Assembly: GCA_039190745.1 (NCBI GenBank)
Contig: JBCCXZ010000002.1
Coordinates: 1-64,000 of the forward strand
Source: Planctomycetota bacterium
GTDB taxonomy: Bacteria > Planctomycetota > Planctomycetia > Pirellulales > Lacipirellulaceae
Length of the DNA stretch: 64,000 bases
Reading direction: 5' to 3'
Within the stretch, counting starts at the first letter, position 1, and every line of letters starts with the position of its first letter. Below, piece after piece: positions 19,990 through 31,800 of this stretch. Made by a program: the position numbers and the translations under genes. The notes below the pieces were generated by a model that ran no database searches, was not told where the DNA came from, and saw nothing but the letters and a program-made list of their open reading frames with translations.

Positions 19990-20673
19990 ATGAAGCGTGT
20001 CTGCGCTGCTCTTTCTGTTTTGGCCCTTACGATCACCGGGCCGGTTCAGGCAACGGGCGGCCCACCTGTGCGGCTGTTCGACGGCGAGTCGCTCGATGGC
20101 TGGGTGAAGCGCGGCGGGGAGGCGGTCTACGGGGTCGAGGACGGGGCCATTGTCGGCACGTCGGTTGCCGACACGCCCAACACGTTTCTTTGCACGCCGC
20201 GGGATTACGGCGACTTCGAGCTGACGCTCCAAGTGAAGGTCGACGACGGCCTGAACTCGGGCGTCCAGTTCCGCAGCCTCTGCTTCGATGAGCCCACTAC
20301 GGCGCCGGGCGAGGGCGGGTCGGAAAGGAAGGTCCCGGGAGGCCGGGTTCACGGCTACCAGATGGAAATCGATCCCTCGGAGCGGAGTTGGTCGGGTGGC
20401 GTGTACGACGAGGCCCGCCGTGGCTGGCTTTCGAAACCGGAGGACGACCCGGCCGCCCGTGCGGCGTTCCGGCGGGGCGAGTGGAACGATTACCGTATCC
20501 GCTGCGAAGGCCCGTCGATCCGCTGCTGGGTGAACGGCGTGCCGACGGCCGACTTCACCGACGACCTGACCGCGGAGGGGTTCATCGCCCTGCAGGTGCA
20601 CAGCGTCAGGGAGCCCGAGCAGGTTGGCAAGCAGGTCCGCTGGCGGAACATTGTCATACGCGAGTTGGATTAG
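19990..20673 (+). CDS. DUF1080 (3-keto-disaccharide hydrolase family) secreted protein
   Basis: Signal peptide; LFDGESLDGW, YGDFEL, NSGVQFRS, GEWNDYRI, GFIALQVH and WRNI. Confidence 0.92.
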   Translation: MKRVCAALSVLALTITGPVQATGGPPVRLFDGESLDGWVKRGGEAVYGVEDGAIVGTSVADTPNTFLCTPRDYGDFELTLQVKVDDGLNSGVQFRSLCFDEPTTAPGEGGSERKVPGGRVHGYQMEIDPSERSWSGGVYDEARRGWLSKPEDDPAARAAFRRGEWNDYRIRCEGPSIRCWVNGVPTADFTDDLTAEGFIALQVHSVREPEQVGKQVRWRNIVIRELD

Positions 20674-20711
20674 CCGGGCTCTCTTGGGCCGTTCTCACTC
20701 GGAGGCCGTTC

Positions 20712-21893
20712 TCAATCGGACCCTGAGTCTGCGTTTCGGAGTGCTGTCGAGGAGACATCCTCTCGGAATTCCGCCGCGGGGACGCCGTCGCACAGTACCC
20801 GTAGGCTGGCGGGCAGCGAGGCGGAGTCGAGCGTGACGAACCGCCCTTCGACCAGCCGGCCGAAAACGAGGAACCGGCAGCCGGTGGCGGCGAACTCTTC
20901 GATCGCCCCGCTGAAGGCCTCTTGCGAGTTGCCGTAGTAGCGGAGGTCGGCGACGCGGAGGATTGTGTCGACGCCAACGCAGAACACCGCACCGGGGAAG
21001 AGCTGGGCCTTCCCCCGGAACGTGGGGGACGCGGTGAGCGCAGCCGCCCGGCCGGGCGAGGCCTCTTGGAGCGCCGCGACGCGGTTGCGGATTTCGATGT
21101 AGTCGAGCGGCGGCTTGTCGACGTTGGTGACCGCGAGTTCCCACGCCGTGGGCTGACCTGAGATTTGCTCCGCGACGGCGGCAATCTTCAAGTGCCCCGC
21201 GTGCGGCGGGTTGAACGAGCCGGGGACGACGAGCCTTGGCGGCTGGGTTTCTGGCGGCTGGGCGTTTGCCGGCCCGGCAAGCACGTAGCCACGCTGCCCG
21301 AGCACGACTTCGATCCACTCCGCGGGCGGGCGGTGCGCGTCGGACTCGACGAGCTCGCCGGGGCGGAGAGAGCCGGCCAGCGAGGCCCTCGCCTGTGCCG
21401 GGTCGAGGCCCACGGCCTCGGTGATCGCGGTGAGCAAGAGTCCGGCGGCGAGGTTTTCCTCCTGGTCGCGTGTGCGGGCCCCCTTGTCGAGGGTCAGCGA
21501 CAAGCTCGCGGTTTGGGGCAGGGTGTGCACGGCGACGTGGACGCGGTGGTCGCCGCGTTTCGGGCGCGTGGTGGCCAGGGCCGCGGTGGCGGCGACGCCC
21601 AAGATTTGACTGGGGTCGGCTTCAGGCGCTAACTCCCGGGCGCGCATCCAGCCGGCGACGGCCATTGCGCGGGCGGTGCGGTCGCTGCAGTACTGCGGCG
21701 GCTCGCCGCCGAGCCACTCGGCCAAGGCCGGCGCCGCGTAGGGGACGCGGGCTTCGAGCACCGTGGCCGACGCGCCGGGGACGCTGAGCAAATCGGAGAC
21801 GGCGCGTGCCCCGCCACCGGTGACCGACACGACAAGTGGACGGCCCTGCTGGTGGATGGCGGAGACAAGGCTCTGTCTGACGGCTTGCTGCAT
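20712..21893 (-). CDS. CinA/PncC-like domain fused to an HxGH nucleotidyltransferase (NadD-like) domain
   Basis: N-terminal SVTGGG...VPGAS...VPY...ARAMA; C-terminal PGSFNPPHAGH, GVDT and SSTALR. Confidence 0.8.
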   Translation of the reverse strand: MQQAVRQSLVSAIHQQGRPLVVSVTGGGARAVSDLLSVPGASATVLEARVPYAAPALAEWLGGEPPQYCSDRTARAMAVAGWMRARELAPEADPSQILGVAATAALATTRPKRGDHRVHVAVHTLPQTASLSLTLDKGARTRDQEENLAAGLLLTAITEAVGLDPAQARASLAGSLRPGELVESDAHRPPAEWIEVVLGQRGYVLAGPANAQPPETQPPRLVVPGSFNPPHAGHLKIAAVAEQISGQPTAWELAVTNVDKPPLDYIEIRNRVAALQEASPGRAAALTASPTFRGKAQLFPGAVFCVGVDTILRVADLRYYGNSQEAFSGAIEEFAATGCRFLVFGRLVEGRFVTLDSASLPASLRVLCDGVPAAEFREDVSSTALRNADSGSD

Positions 21894-22105
21894 CCGTGGG
21901 CGTTGGGCGTGCTATGGGTCGCGTCGGAGAGGAGTTGATTTTGGGCAACAGCGTGTGGTGTTTTCGCCACGCTGGCCGCCGCATTCGCCTCGTTGAGTCT
22001 CGTGAGGCGGGTTAGTCCAGCGTAATCCATCGCACTCGCGGGCGTCAGGCCTTGGGCGCGCGGCTTGCACCTCCGGTGACTTCCAGCAGTTGCCGAGGAG
22101 GACCG

Positions 22106-23209
22106 ATGGCGGAAGTCGTAGAAATCAACAGCCCCGAGGAGCTGGCGGGGGTGCGGATGGCCTGGAACGCGCTGCTGCCGCAGACGCCGCACGCGAGCTT
22201 CTTCCACACCTACGACTGGCTGCGGCTGTTCTGGAAGCACTACGGCGGCGAGCGCCGGCTGCGGGTGCTGGTGGTACGCTCTTGCGGCGAGACTGTCGGC
22301 ATTGTGCCGCTGTGCGTACAGCGAGAACGGCACCACTTCGGCGAGGTGCGGGTGCTGACCTACCCCCTGAACGCCTGGGGCACCTGGTACGGTCCGATCA
22401 GCCGGAACCCCGCGGGGAGCCTGATGCTGGCGATGGAGCACGTCCGCCGGACGCCGCGCGACTGGGACCTGATTGACCTGCGTTGGACGCCCGAGGCCGG
22501 GGACGACCGAGGCCGCACAGAGCACGCGATGCGGCTGGCGGGACTGGAACCGCACACCGAGCAGGATGAACGAACGTCGGTGATTGCCTTGGAAGGCGTG
22601 ACGTGGGAGAGCTACCTTGCTTCTCGCTCGCCCAAGTGCCGGCACGAGATCCGTCGCCAACGCCGGGCGTTGGAGAAAGATGCGGGGGTTGTGTTCGCGC
22701 GCTGCCGGCCGGCGGGCGCTGCCGAGGGAGATGGTGAGGCCTGCCCAGAGCTGTTCCGGCAGTGCGTGGAGCTCTCGCGTCGGTCGTGGCAGGGCCGTGT
22801 GACCAACGGCAACACGCTGTGCCACGCGAGCGTGACTCGCTTCCTAGCCGACTGCCACCTGGTGGCGGGGAGGCTGGGGATGCTGGACATCTGCCGCTTG
22901 AGCATAGGAGATCAACCGGCGGCATTCAGCTACAACTACCACTATCACGGCGCCGTGTTCGCCATGCGAATGGGCTACGACCCGCGTGTGACGCGGCACG
23001 GGAGCGGCGCGGTGCTGCTCGGGATGATGATCGAAGACAGCATCGCCCGCGGCGACCGGCTCATCGATCTCGGCATCGGCGAATACGGCTTCAAGAAGCG
23101 GCTCCGGACCGCGGCGATCGGCGGCCGGCGGGTGAGCTGCTACCCCGCCGGGGCTTGGCGTGCCCAGGCGGTGCGCCTCACGCAGTGGCTGAGACGTCGG
23201 CGAGCCTGA
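22106..23209 (+). CDS. GNAT family N-acetyltransferase (CelD/BcsL-like)
   Basis: GAGGAGG SD; FFHTYDWL, MGYDP...GSGAVLL and IDLGIGEYGFK. Confidence 0.85.
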   Translation: MAEVVEINSPEELAGVRMAWNALLPQTPHASFFHTYDWLRLFWKHYGGERRLRVLVVRSCGETVGIVPLCVQRERHHFGEVRVLTYPLNAWGTWYGPISRNPAGSLMLAMEHVRRTPRDWDLIDLRWTPEAGDDRGRTEHAMRLAGLEPHTEQDERTSVIALEGVTWESYLASRSPKCRHEIRRQRRALEKDAGVVFARCRPAGAAEGDGEACPELFRQCVELSRRSWQGRVTNGNTLCHASVTRFLADCHLVAGRLGMLDICRLSIGDQPAAFSYNYHYHGAVFAMRMGYDPRVTRHGSGAVLLGMMIEDSIARGDRLIDLGIGEYGFKKRLRTAAIGGRRVSCYPAGAWRAQAVRLTQWLRRRRA

Positions 23210-23474
23210 GGAGGGCCGCTATCGAATAGAGCCTCGTGAGAGGTCAGCTTGAGCGTAACCCAGGGCAGGGACGCCTGAGACGCGGCTCGCACGCGAGTCC
23301 GTGCCACGCCTCAGGCGCCTGCCTCACTGGGCGCCGTCCCCCCTAACACCGCGCCGGGCCTTCGTGAGAAGGCAGGCGCGGCCGGCAAAACCTGTGGCAA
23401 GAAGTCTCGGCATCAAAGGGGGCGCACTCCGGGCGCAGGGCGTAGAGGAGATGGGGCACTTGCCGGGCCGTGTG

Positions 23475-23714
23475 CTACGGCTGGGGCTCGCTGACCTGCT
23501 TGGCGGACTGCTCCCTGAGGGCAGCCGCTTCGCGGGTGAGCTTGAACTCGGGGCCGGGTGCGTAGTACTGGACGTCGTCTGTCAGGTAGTAGCCGCTGGG
23601 CAGCGTCTGGCCCGACACGTCCATCTGGCAGCCCGTTGAGGCGAGCGACGCGAGGGCGAGCAGTCCGGTCGCGAACGCTCCGAAGCTCTTCAGGGATGCT
23701 GTGTTTGCATTCAT
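23475..23714 (-). CDS. Small planctomycete-type lipoprotein-like protein
   Basis: Hydrophobic stretch ending STGC (lipobox-like), then GQTLPSGYYLTDDVQYYAPGPEFKL. Start refined to MNANT. Confidence 0.7.
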   Translation of the reverse strand: MNANTASLKSFGAFATGLLALASLASTGCQMDVSGQTLPSGYYLTDDVQYYAPGPEFKLTREAAALREQSAKQVSEPQP

Positions 23715-23948
23715 CGCCGTCCGGTCTCCACTGGCAATTGGCAGTGTGCCCGGAATCGTCCCGGGCCCCTCCGCAGAATCGTTATCGTCCACCTAATCGT
23801 CAGACTTTTGCATGGGTCTCAAGAAAGCCAAAAAGGCTGCTTCGCCTGTGCCCGAGCCGCCGCTAGCTTTGCATCGAAGGCGCCCGGCGAGGCAAAGCCC
23901 GCTAGAATCCAGGGTGGCCTCCGTCGGACCTCCAGCCCTGGGTCGAGC

Positions 23949-26900
23949 ATGAACCGCTTCCTCACCACGCCGTTGCTAGCTGTGACGGCCGTCGTCTGTC
24001 TCGCCGCGAGCGGCCGGCGGTGCAGCGGGCAGATACCTGGAGACACCACGCCTTCGCGGATCTATTTCGCGGCGGTGGAAGAGATCTACCGGGGCGAGTT
24101 CCGCGACGCCCAGCGTCAGTTCAACAACGAGCTGCGGGGCGGCATCCGGCTGGGGCCGAACGCCCGGTGGCTCGATTCGATCTGCTACTACTCGATGCTG
24201 GGTGAGGTCTTGTACCAGCAGGGCTCGTACCGGGCCGCGTTGGATCAGTTCAACTCCGCGTGCGCCATGTACCTGGAGAACCCGAAGTGGCTGCTCCGGT
24301 TGAGGAACGCCCAAGAGCCCCGAGCCGACTCGAGCCTCGCCCGCCGCCCGCCGCCTTGGGGGCAACGAACGCGGTCGGCTCCTTTAAGCCGGCTGCCCGA
24401 GCAGCTCTCGATGTCGCTGGGCCAGTTCGACAACAGCGGGGCGGCCCAGCGGGGGGGCGTCGTGCGTCCGCCGCAGATCTGGCGGCTCAATGCTGCGGAA
24501 GTGGTGCGGTGCACGGCGCACGCCATCCGCAGGCGCAACGAATTGCTGGGGCCCTTAGCCCGGCACAGCCCGCTCTCGGGGCGGCTGGCAACCGAGCTGG
24601 GCAGCGGGGCCGCAACACCCAACCACTGGTCGAACGCCTGGGTGCAACTGCAGCTGGGCCTCGCCTACATGGGCACCGGGGAGTTCCCACAAGCCCAGCG
24701 GGCTTTGGAGCGGGCGGTGCTGCTGCGGGGCCGGTTCGACCACGTACTCACCGGATCGGCGCTGCTTGGCCAGGCCGAGCTGGCCATGCGGACGGGCAAT
24801 ACGCAGCTCGCTTCGGCCCTGGCGGCGGAGGCGTCGTTCGCGGCCTTCTACTACGACGACTTCTCGGTGCTAGACGATGCCTTCCGGCTGGGTGCCTCAG
24901 CGCACTTCGCAACCGCGACCCAGGGCGTCAGCCCGGTCTGGAACGCGGCCGCGGGCTGGGCCAGCCGCGAGCGGCTCGGCCTCACGCAAGCCCGGCTCGC
25001 TCTGACGTTGGCCGACGATTTGCTGCGGGTGGGACAGGCGGACGCGGCCTCAAAAGCACTGGCGACGGGCACGTCGCGGATGCGAGAGGCTGCGGTTGGG
25101 CCGCTGGGGGCGCGGGCGCTGTGGCTGGAGGGCCGGGTGCTGCAAACCGTCGGGCGAAACGCCGAGAAGGCCCTGGGTGATGCAGTCCGGCGACAGGTGC
25201 CCGCCTCGGTACGCAATTTCCAAATTCAGCTCGCGAACGAGATGTTCGACCGGCGAGAACTCAGCACGCGGGCGGCGACCGAGGTTTACGAAGAGCTGCT
25301 GGCGAAGCCAGTGGAGGCCCGCTGGGGCCTGGCGCCGCTCGATTCACTCGCTATGGGCACACTGCCGCAGGCTGAGGCCTTCGATCGCTGGGTGCTGGCG
25401 CTGGTCACGCGGAAGCAAACCGCGAGGGCGTTGGAGGCGGCCGACCTGGCCAAGCGGCGGCGTTTCCTAGCGGCCCTCCCTTGGGGCGGGAGGCTGCTCG
25501 CGTTGCGGTCCGTGCTGGAGGGCAACGAACGCTCGCTCTCCCCCGAGGCCTTGAACCAACGGAACGAGGCGTTGCTCCGCTGGCCCGCTTACGCGGAGCT
25601 TGCCGACCGCGGCGCGACGTTCTACGAGCGGGTCGACGAGCAGTGGATGCCCGGCATGCCGGAGAAAGAGCTCCAATCGCTGGTGCGTCCGTGGCGGGGC
25701 TGGGCGGAGTCGCTCGCCGACCGCGAGGCGCTCCTCCGCCGGATCGGCACTTCGCGGGTGACGGCGTCGCAGGTCTATCCGCCTTGGGCATCAGTGGAGC
25801 AAATGCGTGAACTGCTCGGTCCGCGACAAGCGGTGGTCGTTCTCCACGAAACCAGCGGCGGCCTGCTGGCATCTCTCGTCACTCAACGGGAGGTAGACCA
25901 GTGGAACGCGGGCACGGCCGGGTCGCTTTCGCGCCTAGTCCGAGAGTTCCTCGAAGACCACGGCCTCCGAGACAACAACCGCGCGGTCGACACGGAAACG
26001 CTCCGCTCGGACTACTGGCTGGAGTCGGGCGGGCAGTTGTACGATCAGCTGTTCGCGAACTCGGACTTCAACTCCGAACGCTTCGATGAAGTCGCGGTCG
26101 TGCCCGATGGGGCGTTGTGGTACGTGCCCTGGAACGCCCTGCCGGCCCCGACCGAAGAAGGGCGCGAGCCGCTGGGCCTGGTGTGCAGAGTACGGGTCAC
26201 GCCGCTGGCGTCGCTGGCGGTCGGGCGGAGCGTCCCCTGGCACCGTGTGAAACGGAGCCTGGTGGCGGTCTCCGAAGACGCGCTCGGCGGTTCCGAGGGG
26301 CTAGTGGAGGAAGCACGCGAAGCGTTGCGGGATGCATCGGAGCAAGCCGTTGAGGTCCCCAAGCCAACGCCGGTGGCTTCCCCGGTGCTGGCGTCGAGCG
26401 CCCAGTCTTTGATCTCGTTGGCGGAGACCGAAATCAAGCGAGGGACCCCGCTCGCGTGGGCCCCGCTTCCGATCGACCGCCCGGCGAGCCGGGGCGAATT
26501 GTCCGCCTGGCTCGAACTACCCCAGGGGCCGCAACGGGTGATCACGCCGACGACCGCTACGGCGGCGGGGCAGGGGGGGCGATCCGCCGGCCGGGCCCGC
26601 GGGGCCACGCCTCCCGGCTCGGAGCTGTTCGTAGCAAGCTGCGCCTTGCTGGCCGACGGCGCCCAGACGGTTCTCCTCAGCCAGTGGCGGGTGGGCGGAC
26701 GCTCGACCGTTGATCTCGTCCGTGAGTTCACTCAGGAATTGCCGTACACTTCTGCGGCCGACGCTTTGCAGCGGAGCATCGAACTGACCCGGGAGCGTCA
26801 GATCGACATCTCGCAGGAGCTGCGTGTGAAGAGCGGCAAGGGCGGGGGTCCGCTCACGGGCGGGCACCCGTTCTTCTGGGGGGGCTACCTGCTCATCGAC

Positions 26901-26975
26901 CTGGGTGCGCCGGGCGAGTTGGAAGAACCCGCGGAACCGAACGACCGCGGGGAAGCCAAAGCCGCCGCGTTGTGA
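23949..26975 (+). CDS. Secreted TPR + CHAT-domain protein
   Basis: Signal peptide and TPR-like helices; CHAT motifs VVPDGALWYVPW, GAQTVLLSQWRV and HPFFWGGY. Confidence 0.82.
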   Translation: MNRFLTTPLLAVTAVVCLAASGRRCSGQIPGDTTPSRIYFAAVEEIYRGEFRDAQRQFNNELRGGIRLGPNARWLDSICYYSMLGEVLYQQGSYRAALDQFNSACAMYLENPKWLLRLRNAQEPRADSSLARRPPPWGQRTRSAPLSRLPEQLSMSLGQFDNSGAAQRGGVVRPPQIWRLNAAEVVRCTAHAIRRRNELLGPLARHSPLSGRLATELGSGAATPNHWSNAWVQLQLGLAYMGTGEFPQAQRALERAVLLRGRFDHVLTGSALLGQAELAMRTGNTQLASALAAEASFAAFYYDDFSVLDDAFRLGASAHFATATQGVSPVWNAAAGWASRERLGLTQARLALTLADDLLRVGQADAASKALATGTSRMREAAVGPLGARALWLEGRVLQTVGRNAEKALGDAVRRQVPASVRNFQIQLANEMFDRRELSTRAATEVYEELLAKPVEARWGLAPLDSLAMGTLPQAEAFDRWVLALVTRKQTARALEAADLAKRRRFLAALPWGGRLLALRSVLEGNERSLSPEALNQRNEALLRWPAYAELADRGATFYERVDEQWMPGMPEKELQSLVRPWRGWAESLADREALLRRIGTSRVTASQVYPPWASVEQMRELLGPRQAVVVLHETSGGLLASLVTQREVDQWNAGTAGSLSRLVREFLEDHGLRDNNRAVDTETLRSDYWLESGGQLYDQLFANSDFNSERFDEVAVVPDGALWYVPWNALPAPTEEGREPLGLVCRVRVTPLASLAVGRSVPWHRVKRSLVAVSEDALGGSEGLVEEAREALRDASEQAVEVPKPTPVASPVLASSAQSLISLAETEIKRGTPLAWAPLPIDRPASRGELSAWLELPQGPQRVITPTTATAAGQGGRSAGRARGATPPGSELFVASCALLADGAQTVLLSQWRVGGRSTVDLVREFTQELPYTSAADALQRSIELTRERQIDISQELRVKSGKGGGPLTGGHPFFWGGYLLIDLGAPGELEEPAEPNDRGEAKAAAL

Positions 26976-27185
26976 GGAAGTCGTCTTCGGCTTCGCGGAT
27001 GCACTGGTTCGTCGCGTCGACGACCGGTAGCGGGTGACCCGCCCTCTTTATCGCAGCTGAGTGTTTGTTTATTGGCGTGGGCTTTCGAGGCGAGTGGCTG
27101 TTGGTATGCCGCGGGGCGCGTGATAGGATTCGAACGACGGACGTCCTTGCCCCATTGCGTGATCTTCAGACTGCAGCGCGGAACC

Positions 27186-28787
<1,602 letters not shown>

Positions 28788-28880
28788 CCGGCCTTCAAGT
28801 AGGCTGAAAAACCCAGCGCCGCATCCTCGAAAGAGGCGACGCTGGGTTCACTTGCTTGCGTCAGTAAGCGGCTCGTTCTA

Positions 28881-31800
28881 CTAGCGGAACACGCCTTCGA
28901 TGACTCGTAACGAGTTACAGCTGCCACATGCTTCTCCCGAAGAAGCTTCGCTATCTCCAGGCGCGGGCAGTAACGCGTCTTCCGCTGGCGCAGGCATAAC
29001 TGGCTCATCTACAGGTACGTCTTCGGGCGCGGAGTCGTCTCCTGCTGCGGGTTTGTCCTCGGACTCACCCGTGGGCGATCCAGCCGCCGGTGTATCGCAA
29101 CACTTGCAAGCGAGAGAGACTTCGATGTCGATCTCCTCAGGCACCTTCTGTGGCGGACAGCCCGCCTTCTTGCCGTTGGACTTAAGCTCCACAAAGAAGA
29201 CCAGCTTCACTGTGACCTTTCCATCCTTGGAAAGCTTCTCGTAGCCCACAGCTTTCTTGAGATGCTCAACGATGCTGTTATCGTCTATCGCGTCGAACAA
29301 CTTCTCCAGATCTGACGACGGGATCGACCCTTCACTCTCAAGAGACTCCACGGTCTTCACGCAAAATAGCGGCTTGAAGAACTGGCCGTTGTAGACCGCT
29401 GCTTTGAAGACCGCCTCTTGGTTGCGCCCGACGTACCCTAGAGCGTTCTCAACCGTATACTTCAGCCCCGGCACCTTCTCCCCCGGCATGAGACGGAAGG
29501 AGAGGTCGCCTACTCGCTTGGTCGAACCCTCACACAACGCCTCGACCTTCAGTTTGGTGACCTCCGAGTCGCTCGGCTTGACAATAAACTCCGCCTTGGG
29601 GATCTTGCGGTCCTTGATCTGCTTCTCGACCTCCGCAGCAATAGCGGTTTTCGTCGCTTTGTCGAGCTTGCGGCTGTGAACGGGTACGTGCAGGTGGTTG
29701 GTGACGCCGTACGGCGTAGAGGCGTAGAGGGCCACGTAGTCTTTGCCGCGGACGTTTACCTTATTCACACAAGAAGGGATTGTTACCCGCATAATTTCGC
29801 GGCTGATCAGCCTTACGTGCGGAATGCAGACCCCGCCAGCAATGACTTTTGTGTCGTGGACACTGAAGTTATCGCCCACGAGAAAAAGAGTGGTTCCTTC
29901 CCCGTCGCACAGTGGGAAAGGCTGGGCTTTCTGGCTTAAGTCCGACGTCTGCGTCAGGCTAGAGAACCCGACTGGCGTCCGCTCGCAGCTGATGCCGCCT
30001 TCCCGGCAGTACTCGCAGTCGGAATAGCAACCGCAGTGGTATCGGTTGTCGAGGTCGTCCGCTACAACGACGCCCGGTGCTCCGTACCACCCGATCAATT
30101 CTGGCGCCAGGTCTGTGACTCCAGTGTTGAACATCTCGAAGCCCCCGAGAGTATTCTCGTAAGGGATCTGGCTACGCATTGTCTGCAACGGCAACTCCCG
30201 GTCGAGTTGGTGGACTCGTTTCAGAAGCCGACGCACCTCTCCGTCGCGATAGTGGTGAGCGCACTGTGCGCATTGCGCCTTCGACCGCTCCATCGCGGTC
30301 ACGGCCCGGCTCAGACGCACTGTATCTTTCATGGTCAGCGCGGCATTCTTGGGGTTCGTTAAGCGAAACCAGTTGCTGCGTACATCGAAGTCCGCGTAAG
30401 GGACGAATGAGGGCATTAGCACGATGGCGACGCACTCTCGCATACCCTGTTCGAGTTGTCGCTTCCGGAGGTCGTGGTCCCGGGGCGTGCCGCGGAACGA
30501 CTGCCACACCGATCCAACGGCTCCGGGTTGATCGAGCGTTTGGACCCGCGGGTAGAACCGCCAGCCGAAGGTGTCGTTGCCGTGGCCGAACCCGGCGATC
30601 GTTCGGTTAAGAGAAATGGTCTCAATGTCGGTCTCCAACTGACGCGAGTGGTTCATCAGGGCGTTGGCTCCGATCTCGCCTTTGACGAAACCCAGCGAAA
30701 GCGCGAGTTGTAGTTCACGCCGTCTCGCGGAGAAGTCGGCAACGTTCTGGTCCTGCGCTACCGGATCGAGCGCGAACACATGGATCGGCCAACGGCAACG
30801 GACGTAATCCTGGAATACCTTCGTGGCGGCCATGAATTCTTCGGAGAACTGCGAGTCAGCGCGCGACGAAGAAGCCGGCAGGAAGAAGACCATGTCCTGT
30901 TGGCCGATGTTTATGCAGTGACACTCCCGGGCTACGGCGGTCTTGCGGATGTCTTCGTTAAGTTGATGGTTCAGGAGGGCAGACTCGACTACGATAGCCC
31001 ACGCGAGAGCCTCTGTTGTGTTGCGTGCGTGTCGCTCCTTCGTGTTTCCCAAGAGATCCAGCGCCAGGGCCTGATCGACGTGCCCTCCTTTGTCGTGGCG
31101 GCTCTGCAGCGCCTTGAAGAAATGGTTTCTCAGGCTTTCTACCGTTGGCTTCGCGTGGGCGTAGGCGTGCTTGTCTTCTTGGTTCTCGTCCTTAACGCAC
31201 TTATCGATGTGGCGTCCGTGAATAGCCGCAACGAGCCCGGAATCGGGGTGGGCTAGCCGGTACCATAACCAAGTGTGTTGGCGATCTGAGAGCAACTCAT
31301 AGGCCCCTTCGATCTCTGCTTGCAGCCAGCGCTGGGCATCCACAACATGGACACGCGTCTCCTTTGTTGATTTCTTATCATCGCAATCCTTGTAGCCGGC
31401 CCAGCGAGTGTGGCGTCCCTGGTAGCCTCCGCAGAACTCTAACGCGGCTTTCTTTAGAGAGTGGATGTCCAATACTTGGATCGCTTGTGTCGGGGGCAAA
31501 GGATGCCTAGCCCGACGTGAACGCGAGGAGGAGAGTGAGCTCGTAACAATCTTTGCTAGTTCAAGCGTTTCTTTAGCCTTCTTATCCGCACCGGACATCT
31601 CTTTCTCTTTCAGTTTCTTCTCCGTAAGAGTAGCCCTCAGTCCCACAAGCTCATCTTCCGTTTGCTCTACCTTGCCACGAAGCTCTTCTATAATTTTAGT
31701 TGCGTCGGGCTTACCCTGCTCGATCTTGCGGATTCTTTCCGACAACCTGTAGTGCTCCTCTTCCCATGATTTCAGAGCCTTGGCAATCTGTTCAGCTAGC

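Noticed and set aside
30255..30280. CAQCAH as a heme c binding site
   Set aside because: Spacing is CxxCxH, not CxxCH.
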